Below, piece by piece: positions 11,294 to 18,888 of a DNA stretch of 61,330 bases. Below the pieces are notes generated by a model, which worked only from the letters and a program-made list of their open reading frames with translations, was not told the origin of the DNA and searched no databases. How positions within the stretch are numbered: position 1 is the first letter of the stretch; the number at the start of each line of letters is the position of its first letter. Source of the DNA: an uncultured Myxococcales bacterium (GTDB lineage Bacteria > Myxococcota_A > Polyangia > Polyangiales > Houyiibacteriaceae); contig CALCTH010000409.1 in NCBI GenBank assembly GCA_937893795.1, positions 1 through 61,330 on the forward strand, written 5' to 3'. The position numbers and the translations under genes are program-made.

Positions 11294-12352
11294 ATGAGCG
11301 CCGTCGAAAACGAGCTCGAGCGCGCCCCCGTGCTCGCCACCGAGGTGCGGCCCGAGGAGGCAGCCTACGAGATCTCGCTGCGCCCGCAGCGCTTCGAGGA
11401 CTTCGTCGGCCAGGACCGCATCAAGGAGAATCTGCGCGTCTTCGTTCAGGCGGCGGCCCAGCGCGGCGACCCCATCGACCACGTGCTCTTCTGCGGACCG
11501 CCGGGCCTCGGCAAGACCACCCTGGCGATGATCCTCGCCGCCGAGCGTGGCGTGACGCTGCACCAGGCGAGCGCGCCCGCCATCGAGCACAAGGGCCAGC
11601 TCGCGTCGCTGCTGACGAAGATCGAGCCGAACGACGTGCTCTTCATCGACGAGATCCACCGTCTCCCACCGGTCGTCGAAGAGAACCTCTACTCGGCCGT
11701 CGAGGACTTTCGCATCGACATCGTGCAGGGCGATGGGCCCTACGCGCAGACGCTCTCGCTGCCGCTCCACCCCTTCACGCTGGCCGCCGCGACCACGCGC
11801 ACGGGGCTGCTCACGAACCCCATGCGCACGCGCTTCGGCTACATCGCCCGGCTCGACTACTACCCGGCGGCGGACCTCGCACAGATCGTCGCCCGCTCCG
11901 CGCGGCTCCTCGAGCTCGAGACCAGCCCCGAGGCCGCCGCCGAGGTCGCCCGTCGCGCGCGTGGCACGCCTCGCATCGCCAACCGGCTGCTGCGCCGCGC
12001 GCGGGACTTCGCCGAGGTGCTCGGCGACGGGCGCCTCGACGAGGCGCAGGCCCAGGACGCCCTCGACCGCCTCGAGGTGGACCACGCGGGCCTCGACGAG
12101 ATGGACCGGCGCTACCTGCAGATCATGCTCGAGTTCTACGAGGGCGGTCCCGTCGGCGTGGAGACCCTCGCGGCCGCGCTCAGCGAGCCGCGGGACACGG
12201 TGGAGGACGTCATCGAGCCCTACCTGCTGCAGCAGGGCTACATCGCGCGGACGCCGCGCGGCCGCACGGCCACGAAGAAGGCCTACGCACACCTCGGCAA
12301 GAAGCGCCGCGGCTCCCCCCCGGACGACGAAGAGCAGCAAGCGCTCTTCTGA
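11294..12352 (+). CDS. ruvB: Holliday junction ATP-dependent DNA helicase RuvB
   Basis: '[19 protein letters not shown]', Walker A '[11 protein letters not shown]', '[10 protein letters not shown]' and '[15 protein letters not shown]' are canonical RuvB motifs. Confidence 0.96.
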   Translation: MSAVENELERAPVLATEVRPEEAAYEISLRPQRFEDFVGQDRIKENLRVFVQAAAQRGDPIDHVLFCGPPGLGKTTLAMILAAERGVTLHQASAPAIEHKGQLASLLTKIEPNDVLFIDEIHRLPPVVEENLYSAVEDFRIDIVQGDGPYAQTLSLPLHPFTLAAATTRTGLLTNPMRTRFGYIARLDYYPAADLAQIVARSARLLELETSPEAAAEVARRARGTPRIANRLLRRARDFAEVLGDGRLDEAQAQDALDRLEVDHAGLDEMDRRYLQIMLEFYEGGPVGVETLAAALSEPRDTVEDVIEPYLLQQGYIARTPRGRTATKKAYAHLGKKRRGSPPDDEEQQALF

Positions 12353-12380
12353 GCGATTCTCCGTCGACGGTCCGGCAACA

Positions 12381-12411
12381 CCCTGCCCCTGCCCTTGCCC
12401 CTGCCCTGCCC
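12381..12411 (-). repeat. Imperfect hexanucleotide microsatellite with six C3-4 tracts (G-rich on the minus strand: GGGCAGGGCAGGGGCAAGGGCAGGGGCAGGG)
   Basis: Read directly: ccctgcccctgcccttgcccctgccctgccc. It sits in the ruvB/DUF4198 intergenic spacer and fits the G3+N1-7 x4 quadruplex rule with 2-3 nt loops. Confidence 0.85.
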
Positions 12412-12434
12412 GCGGTCGAGAGTTCCGGGTCTCC

Positions 12435-13277
12435 ATGACTCCGGTCTCCATCCCGCGCACCGTGCTCGTTCTCGCTCTGCTCGCGCTCCCGGCTCTCGCC
12501 TCAGCCCACGACTTCCTCCTCTGGCCCGGCGACGTCGAGCACGACGCGCTCGCCCTTCGCCTGCTCGTCCACGACGGTCACGCGCTCGGCGACGAGCGCG
12601 GTTTCCGCCGCGAGCACGTCTCGCGCTTCTTCGCGGAGGACGCGCACGGCCAGCGCGAGCTCGAGGGCCGCGAAGAGGGCGCCCCGCCCTTCGCCCAGGT
12701 GTCGGGGCTCGTCCCCGGGGGGCACTGGCTGGCGGTAGACCGCGTCGCCATCGACATCGAGCTCGCCCCCCAGGTCTTCAACGGCTACCTCGACCACGAG
12801 GGCCTCGACGCCGCGCTCGCGGAGCGGCAGCGGCGCGGCGAAGGCGACGCGCCGGGGCGCGAGCGCTACGCCCGGCACCTCAAGGCCTTCGTGCAGGTCG
12901 GCGCGGAAGGTGACGGCGTCGGCTGCCGGCGCCTCAGACAGGAGCTCGAGGTCGTCTTCCATGATGACCCGGCGCGCTTCGCGGTGGGGCGCACCGTCGA
13001 GGTGGAGCTACTCGAGCTCGGGAGTCCCGTCGCCGACCACCCGCTCGACATCTGGGTCGAGGGCGACCCCGACGTGCACGCCCATCGCGTGCGTACCGAC
13101 GGCCGGGGCCGCGCGCGGGTTACGCTGCGCCGCCCCGGCCGCACCGTGTTTCGAACCGTCTCCATGAAGCGCTGCGAGGGCTGCGACGCCGTCGACTGGA
13201 CCAGCCGCTGGACCGCCGCGACCGTGGACGTCGCGCCCATGGGCAGCGGTGCGCCGCGGGCCTGCCCGCAGGGCTGA
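12435..13277 (+). CDS. Periplasmic DUF4198-like protein
   Basis: The in-frame ATG at 12435 gives the signal peptide 'MTPVSIPRTVLVLALLALPALASAHDFLLWP'. 'AHDFWL'-type N-termini are typical of DUF4198. The upstream part of ORF 11733..13277 overlaps ruvB and is rejected. Confidence 0.55.
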   Translation: MTPVSIPRTVLVLALLALPALASAHDFLLWPGDVEHDALALRLLVHDGHALGDERGFRREHVSRFFAEDAHGQRELEGREEGAPPFAQVSGLVPGGHWLAVDRVAIDIELAPQVFNGYLDHEGLDAALAERQRRGEGDAPGRERYARHLKAFVQVGAEGDGVGCRRLRQELEVVFHDDPARFAVGRTVEVELLELGSPVADHPLDIWVEGDPDVHAHRVRTDGRGRARVTLRRPGRTVFRTVSMKRCEGCDAVDWTSRWTAATVDVAPMGSGAPRACPQG

Positions 13278-13320
13278 GCGCGGGTAGCCAGCGGCGCGGG
13301 TCCTTTGGCATACCCAGGAC

Positions 13321-14067
13321 GTGCAGCCGCTCCTCTACGAGACGCTGGTTCCCTTCTATCACCTGCTCGATCCCCTGGAGGACCACGCGGAGGAAGGCGC
13401 CGAGTTCGGCGACGTACTCCGCGAGGCCGTGCCCGGTGCAAAGAGCTTGCTCGAGCTCGGCGCCGGCGCCGGCCATGGCGCCTATTACGTGAAGCGCGGC
13501 TTCACCGAGACCGTGCTCAACGATCTCTCGGCGCCGATGCTCGCCCGCTCCGCGGCGCTCAACCCCGACTGCGCGCACGTGGAGGGCGACATGCGGACGC
13601 TCCGGCTCGGCCGCAGCTTCGACGTCGTCCTCATTCACGACGCCATCACCTACCTGACGACCCCGGACGCGCTCGGCGAGGCGGCCGCGACGGCCTTCGC
13701 GCACCTCCGCCCGGGCGGCGCGGCGCTCCTCGTACCGGACTGCACCGTCGAGAGCTTCGTCGAATCGCACGAGGATCATTCCGGCGACGACCCCGCCCGG
13801 AGCCTCCGCGCGCTCGCGTGGTCCCACGACCCGGTCCCGGGCGACGGCATGCACGTCGTGGACTTCGCCTTCCTGCTCCGTGAGGGCGCGGGCGAGGTGC
13901 AGGCGCTGCACGACCGGCACGTACATGGGCTCTATCCCGAGGCGACCTGGCTGGAGGTCCTCGGCGGGGCAGGCTTCGCCGTCGAGAGCGTGCGGCGGCC
14001 GCTGCCCGAGGAGTACCGGGGCGGCCCCTACACCGAGACCATGTTCCTCTGCCGCAAGGCGCCCTGA
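13321..14067 (+). CDS. Class I SAM-dependent methyltransferase
   Basis: Motif I 'LLELGAGAGHGAYY', post-I 'VLNDLSAPML' and motif II 'FDVVLIHDAITYL'. Confidence 0.8.
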   Translation: MQPLLYETLVPFYHLLDPLEDHAEEGAEFGDVLREAVPGAKSLLELGAGAGHGAYYVKRGFTETVLNDLSAPMLARSAALNPDCAHVEGDMRTLRLGRSFDVVLIHDAITYLTTPDALGEAAATAFAHLRPGGAALLVPDCTVESFVESHEDHSGDDPARSLRALAWSHDPVPGDGMHVVDFAFLLREGAGEVQALHDRHVHGLYPEATWLEVLGGAGFAVESVRRPLPEEYRGGPYTETMFLCRKAP

Positions 14068-14071
14068 CGAC

Positions 14072-14107
14072 GAAACGCCCGCCCGGGAGTCCGGACGGGC
14101 GTTTCGA
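14072..14107. terminator. GC-rich hairpin between convergent genes (11-bp perfect stem CGAAACGCCCG / CGGGCGTTTCG)
   Basis: Read directly. It sits 5 nt after the methyltransferase stop and 14 nt after the stop of the minus-strand spondin-like gene. There is no long U-tract. Confidence 0.55.
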
Positions 14108-14120
14108 GGCGGGGCGTCGC

Positions 14121-15449
14121 TCAGAGCGGCGTGACGGTCACGCGCAGGATCGAGCTCGCCGCCGGCTGGTCCGTGACGACGCGAATGGTCGGGTTCGGGT
14201 CCGCTGCGCCGGTGTCGGGCCCGGCCTGGAACTGCACCTGGTCGAGGCCGAAGCCGACGGGCTGATCCACCTCCGTCCCGAGGTCGATGGTGAAGAGCGA
14301 GTCGCTCACGTCGCCGCTCACCGGGTCGGCCCCGTCGAAGAGCTCGAGGCCCACCTGCGGGAAGGTGAAGAGCCAGTCGTTCGAGGGAACGAACATGGTG
14401 ATGACGTGCAGGTATTGCCCGGGCAGACCCTCCACCTCGAACTCGTAAGCGCCGCCGGGCGCGATGGGGCCCGGGGCGTCCGCACCGGTCGGCGTGTTGA
14501 AGACGCCCGCGCCGGGGAGCGCGTCGCCCACGGCCGCCGCGAGGGCCCCGGGCATGCCGTCTTCGGCGATGGCCTCGAGGCCGTCGCCGCGGTCCGCCTC
14601 GCCGAGCTTGAAGAGGTCGGTCCCCTCCTCGGTCACTGCCCAGACGCCCGGCGACGCGACGAGCGTGATGCCCGTGACCGCGTCGAGGGCGGCGGCGAGA
14701 TCCGTCGGCGTTCCGTCTTCGGCGATGGCCTCGAGGCCCTCGCCGCGATCCGGCGCGCCAACCGTGAAGAGCGGATCGCTCCCGGCGTGCACGGCGTAGA
14801 CGCCGGGCGAGAGCGGTACGGCCTGCATGTCCGTGGTGGTCGAGAGCGTCGTCGGCGTCGAGACGTTCTCGATGCGCGCCGTGAACTGCCAGTAGTTGCC
14901 GAGGTCCTCGGCAGCGAGCGTCACCTGGATGACGTCGGTCACCTCCGGCAGGTTGCCGAAGGCATCCTCGGCCAGCCGAACGTTCGTGTTGGGGTCGATG
15001 GCCCCCGTGCCCGGGCTGCGCTGCACCTGGTCGGCGCCGGTCCCGGGCTCCTGGTCCACCTCGGTTCCGGCATCCCAGAGATCGACCTGCGTGGTCACGT
15101 CGCCGGTCACGGGCGCCCCCTCGGCGTCGAAGAGCGCGATGCCCTCGCCGTCAGGGCCGTAGAAGAGGTCGTTCGAGGGCACGAACATGGTGGCGAAGCT
15201 GAAGCGCTGTCCCGGAGCGCCGAGGAAGGTCATCTCGTACGCGCCCCCCGGCCCGATGGGGCCGGGATCGGTGGCGTCCACGGGAACGGCGAAGGCACCG
15301 GACTGGGCGAGCGTGAAGGCCGGGCCCTGGTTTTCGACGCGGACGCGGAAGCGCGTCGACGAGGTTCCGTCGTCGCCGCATCCGGCGAGCGCGACGGTCG
15401 AAGCGAGGAGTCCGGCGAAGCCGACTCCGGAGAGAGTGCGAAGGTCCAT
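14121..15449 (-). CDS. Lipoprotein with two spondin_N-like modules
   Basis: Lipobox 'LAGCGDDG'. Repeated 'GEGLEAIAEDG(T/M)P..LAAA' and 'FATMFVPSNDLF / ITMFVPSNDWL' followed by 'D(L/I)..GTEVDQ' resemble the bacterial spondin_N signature as I recall it ('AS.GLE.LAEDG' and '..TNDxF'). Confidence 0.6.
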   Translation of the reverse strand: MDLRTLSGVGFAGLLASTVALAGCGDDGTSSTRFRVRVENQGPAFTLAQSGAFAVPVDATDPGPIGPGGAYEMTFLGAPGQRFSFATMFVPSNDLFYGPDGEGIALFDAEGAPVTGDVTTQVDLWDAGTEVDQEPGTGADQVQRSPGTGAIDPNTNVRLAEDAFGNLPEVTDVIQVTLAAEDLGNYWQFTARIENVSTPTTLSTTTDMQAVPLSPGVYAVHAGSDPLFTVGAPDRGEGLEAIAEDGTPTDLAAALDAVTGITLVASPGVWAVTEEGTDLFKLGEADRGDGLEAIAEDGMPGALAAAVGDALPGAGVFNTPTGADAPGPIAPGGAYEFEVEGLPGQYLHVITMFVPSNDWLFTFPQVGLELFDGADPVSGDVSDSLFTIDLGTEVDQPVGFGLDQVQFQAGPDTGAADPNPTIRVVTDQPAASSILRVTVTPL

Positions 15450-15537
15450 GCGCGGACCTACTTCCCGTCACCCACGACGTTTCGTTCGAGGCGTCGCGAT
15501 TATTCGCAGCCTTCGTGTGCGTTTTTGCGACGAACGC

Positions 15538-17601
15538 TCAGGTGCCCTCGCTCGAGGGCGCGCGTCGCGGCGGTATGAGCCAGGCGAGCGGGTTCCGGAG
15601 GAAGCGGCCCACGAGCATGCGGAAGAGGCGGCCGAACTGCACTGCCGTCACCCGGCGGGACTTGAGCGTGACCGCGAGCGTGAGCCCAAAGCTCACCAGG
15701 AAGTTCACGAAGCCGATGCCCAGCACGCCCGCGAGGACCACGAGGCTTTCGCGGAGGTCGAGCAGATGCGGCGCATCGAGCGCGGCGACGCCCACGTGTG
15801 CCGAGGCGAAGGCGATGTGCCGGATGTCGATGGGGAGCCCGAAGATCTTCCCCACCACGCCCGCGGAGCCGAGCAGGAAACCGAGCACCACGTTCCCGAC
15901 GAGGCCCCCCGCGTGCTTCGCCACGGCCTTGGCGAGCTTGGGGCGAAGCCCGCGGAGGAACGCGAGGCGCGGATGCCCGGCCATGCGTGCCTCGAGCTCC
16001 GTATAGACGACGCGGTTGTCTACGGCGCCCTGAAGCAGGCCCGCGCCGAAGAGGAAGACGCCCGCCACCGCCGCGTAGGCCAGCGCCGGCGAGTCGAAGG
16101 CGTGGTTCTCCGCCAGCAGCTCGAGCGCACCCGCCGTGTCGACGGTCTCGACCCCGAACGCCCGTTCGAGGCCGACGGCGATGGCCACGGCGAGGGGGAA
16201 GGCGGCCAGGAGGTTGCCCAGGAACGAGACGAACTGGCTCCGCCACACCACCACCACGGCGTCAGCGACGCGCTCGAGAGCGCCTTCGCGGCTCTGAGCG
16301 CCGTCGAGCCCCTTGGCGAGGGCGGCGGCGGTGACCGCGGGCTGTTTCGTCGCGAGCGTCGCGCCCACCATGTAGATGAGCGAGAAGCACACCGCGTAGT
16401 TCAGGCCGTAGACGAAGGCTTTGCCCGCGAGCGGCAGGTCGATCTTGCTCAGGAAGAGCTTGAAGATGGCGAAGACGCCGACGAGCGCGCCCCCGCCGAG
16501 CGCCGCGCCGAAGAGCTTCAGGTAGGCCTTGGTCGATTCCCCGAGGTACTTCGCGCCCTTGGCCGCGGCATGCTCGGTGATCTGGAACGCCAGCAGGTCG
16601 ATGGTCTGTCCCACGCGGCGCCGGAGGCTTCGGCCAACCTGGACGGCCTCGAGCAGCTCCGGGAGAAGACGCGCGATGGCCTCCGCGCGCGTCGCGGGGT
16701 CGCTCGGGTGCACCAGCGCCAGCAAGCGCTCGAGGCGCCGGAGCTCCTGTTCCATGCGCCGCGTCAGCCGCGTGAGCCGGAGGCTCGTGCCGCGCACGTG
16801 ACGCTCGCCCCGAAGGCCGGCCACCACTGCGCGGCAGCTGCGCGTCGTGCGCACCGCCTCGTCGAAGTGGGCCCGCCCACCGGCGCCGGTCTCCCGGTCC
16901 GTGAGCAGCTCTTCGACGCGAAGCGGCAGCGAGAGGAAGGGCGCTTCGTAGCCGTCCGCGAAGGCGAGCTTGGAGAGCACCTCCTCGTCGAGCCCCGTGG
17001 CGCTGGTGCGGACGGCGAGGGCGCGGATCGCCGTGGCGACGTCCGCATCGGCGACGAGGTCGTGATCGCCCAGCGCCACCGCGGCGAGGCGCGCCCAGAG
17101 CTCCGTGGGCACGGCAGCCACCCATGCGTGATCCGAGCGGCGGCGGAACACGCGCCGAAGCACGCTCCGCGCGTCGTCCGGCGCGTGGACGGGCGGCAGC
17201 AGGGCCTCGCCGATGGCCTGGCCCAGCACCGCCCCGAGCCCGCGGTCCGCGAGGATGCCGCTCTCGGCGAGCAGGTGCACGAAGCGCGTGGACCCGGCGG
17301 CCTCGACGACGGCGGAGCGAAAGCCCGCGGCCTGTCGGGGGTCGGCCTCGAGCGCCTCCGCCAGCGTACGGAGCCGTGCATCCGGTGCCTCGCCTCGGCG
17401 TGGCCGCGCGAGATCCACCACGGCGGCGAGGCGCAGGCCCTGCCCTTCAGCGAGCGTCGCGGCGAGCGCCTCCTTCACCGCGCGGGAAGCTACCAACACG
17501 GCCGCGCGCGCGCCTCCGCCGTTTGGGGACGCGATGAGCCGGCCCTCGTCCAGGCCCAACCGGAACCCGCAATGCCGCCAACTTCGCCCGTATTTCGCCA
17601 T
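15538..17601 (-). CDS. Polytopic membrane protein of the family historically annotated 'site-specific recombinase' (Gcr/SpecificRecomb-like)
   Basis: The start is trimmed to ATG 17601 because upstream ORF sequence overlaps the + strand gene 17674..18150. 'LAFQITEHAAAKGAKYL...FGAALGGGALVGVFAIFKLFLSK...YGLNYAVCFSLIYMVGATLATKQPAVTAAALA' matches my recollection of this family. There are at least 6 hydrophobic segments in the C-terminal half. Confidence 0.55.
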   Translation of the reverse strand: MAKYGRSWRHCGFRLGLDEGRLIASPNGGGARAAVLVASRAVKEALAATLAEGQGLRLAAVVDLARPRRGEAPDARLRTLAEALEADPRQAAGFRSAVVEAAGSTRFVHLLAESGILADRGLGAVLGQAIGEALLPPVHAPDDARSVLRRVFRRRSDHAWVAAVPTELWARLAAVALGDHDLVADADVATAIRALAVRTSATGLDEEVLSKLAFADGYEAPFLSLPLRVEELLTDRETGAGGRAHFDEAVRTTRSCRAVVAGLRGERHVRGTSLRLTRLTRRMEQELRRLERLLALVHPSDPATRAEAIARLLPELLEAVQVGRSLRRRVGQTIDLLAFQITEHAAAKGAKYLGESTKAYLKLFGAALGGGALVGVFAIFKLFLSKIDLPLAGKAFVYGLNYAVCFSLIYMVGATLATKQPAVTAAALAKGLDGAQSREGALERVADAVVVVWRSQFVSFLGNLLAAFPLAVAIAVGLERAFGVETVDTAGALELLAENHAFDSPALAYAAVAGVFLFGAGLLQGAVDNRVVYTELEARMAGHPRLAFLRGLRPKLAKAVAKHAGGLVGNVVLGFLLGSAGVVGKIFGLPIDIRHIAFASAHVGVAALDAPHLLDLRESLVVLAGVLGIGFVNFLVSFGLTLAVTLKSRRVTAVQFGRLFRMLVGRFLRNPLAWLIPPRRAPSSEGT

Positions 17602-17673
17602 CCAGGCGGGTGGAGATGACGTTTCGCGGCCCCCCGGGGCTCGCCACGTGCGAACATCGTTCGCGACCGCGCC

Positions 17674-18150
17674 GTGCCCACGCTCATTCCGCCCGTCCCC
17701 CCGCACACCGTCCACGACGACGGCGCGCTGCGCATCATGGTTCAGGGGAACGTCTTGGCCGTGTGCAACCGGGAGCCGCCGTCGCTGCGGGGCCTCGAGC
17801 GGCTGCTCTCCGCCATCGACACGCTCCACGCCGAGCGCCGCGGGCGAATCTCCATCGTGGTCGTGCCCCAGGCGGAGCAGCCCCGGCTCACGGCGGACGT
17901 CGCCCGCGCCATCGCGGAGGGCTGGCGCGTACGCGACCCCCTCATCGCCTGCGGCGCGGCCTGGCTCCGGCGCACCGGCTTCGTCGCCGCCGCGCTCCGG
18001 AGCCTCGTGAGCGGCGTGCTCCTGACCCGTCCCTCCACGGCGACGCCCGTGCGCGTCAGCGCCGACCTCGACGAGATCGCCACCTTCGTCGAGGGTCACG
18101 GCGAGCAGGCCTACGAGCTCCGCGGCCTCCTCGAAGCCGTCATCGCCTGA
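17674..18150 (+). CDS. Hypothetical protein (158 aa)
   Basis: GTG start. The composition looks protein-like and the gene is co-directional with the next two genes. I recognise no motif. Confidence 0.5.
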   Translation: MPTLIPPVPPHTVHDDGALRIMVQGNVLAVCNREPPSLRGLERLLSAIDTLHAERRGRISIVVVPQAEQPRLTADVARAIAEGWRVRDPLIACGAAWLRRTGFVAAALRSLVSGVLLTRPSTATPVRVSADLDEIATFVEGHGEQAYELRGLLEAVIA

Positions 18151-18185
18151 TGGCCCCGGGGCCCGCTCGACGCTAAGCCCCGGCC

Positions 18186-18836
18186 GTGGACCCCCGCCTC
18201 AAGCCCGTCCTCGGCTTCCTGGCCTTCGCCGTGGGCTGCGCTTTCGCCTACACGGCTGGGTCCGTCGCGTTGACGGGCACGGGAGCGGCGCCGCCGGAGG
18301 GTGCCGGCGCCGTGCGCGGCACCCTCGTTCGTGGCGAGGCGACGCGGGAGAGCCCCGTGGGCGAACCTTTCCTCTATGGCCTCGTGCGGCTCGCCGGTGC
18401 CGGGGGCGGCGGGGGCGTGGACCAGAGCTGGTCGAAGATCGACGGGAGCCCCGCGGTGACCGTGAGGACGCCCGGCGGCGAGGTCGACATCGAGCTTCCT
18501 CGCCCGGACCGCTGGCGCGGCGCCGCCCGCTTCGAGGATGCCGAGGTCGAGTCGCTCGGTGGGCTCCCCATCATCAGCGACGCCACGGACGTCGACGAGC
18601 GGCTTCGCCCGCCCTACCGCATCCGCGTCAAGGCGCTCCGCCCGGGCGACGCCGTCGTCTTCGCGCCGGGGGACGAGGGCAGCGCGGGAGAGCTCTGGGT
18701 CGGCGACGAAGCGACCATCGCGGCGGATCTGACCGAGAAGGAGAAGGGCCGCTGGCCCGTCGTCGCGCTCATGGCGGTGATGGCCTTGGTCAGCTTCGTC
18801 TTGGCCTTCAAGACGCTCCAGCCGAGTCGCGACTGA
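18186..18836 (+). CDS. Hypothetical membrane protein with N- and C-terminal TM helices flanking a ~150-aa domain
   Basis: 'PVLGFLAFAVGCAFAYTAGSVAL' and 'WPVVALMAVMALVSFVLAF' are hydrophobic helices at the two ends. Confidence 0.6.
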   Translation: MDPRLKPVLGFLAFAVGCAFAYTAGSVALTGTGAAPPEGAGAVRGTLVRGEATRESPVGEPFLYGLVRLAGAGGGGGVDQSWSKIDGSPAVTVRTPGGEVDIELPRPDRWRGAARFEDAEVESLGGLPIISDATDVDERLRPPYRIRVKALRPGDAVVFAPGDEGSAGELWVGDEATIAADLTEKEKGRWPVVALMAVMALVSFVLAFKTLQPSRD

Positions 18837-18888
18837 CGTCCGATAAAGCACGCGAAAGCCGCCTCTCGCTTCCGGTACCCTCGCGCCC

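Noticed and set aside
11733-12434. Upstream extension of the DUF4198 ORF (514-aa ORF 11733..13277)
   Set aside because: It overlaps ruvB in another frame and has Arg/Pro/Ser-rich composition. The signal peptide begins at ATG 12435.
15538-17601. A possible mobile element, suggested by the 'site-specific recombinase' family label
   Set aside because: There are no recombinase catalytic motifs, no flanking inverted or direct repeats and no adjacent phage or IS genes. The protein is polytopic membrane-embedded.
15187-17619. 810-aa + strand ORF, and similar antisense giants at 20325..22511, 30192..31808, 51945..55316 and 55919..58708
   Set aside because: Each lies opposite genes with clear family signatures (the membrane protein, GT4/dapF, DUF1552, nadA/hemW and the GH63-like gene) and has junk-like composition. 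They are treated as non-coding shadows.
17650-17664. 6-3-6 palindrome GCGAAC-ATC-GTTCGC, 10 nt upstream of GTG 17674
   Set aside because: It is real in the sequence, but it is short and GC-rich enough to occur by chance in this genome. No regulator gene is adjacent to give it context.
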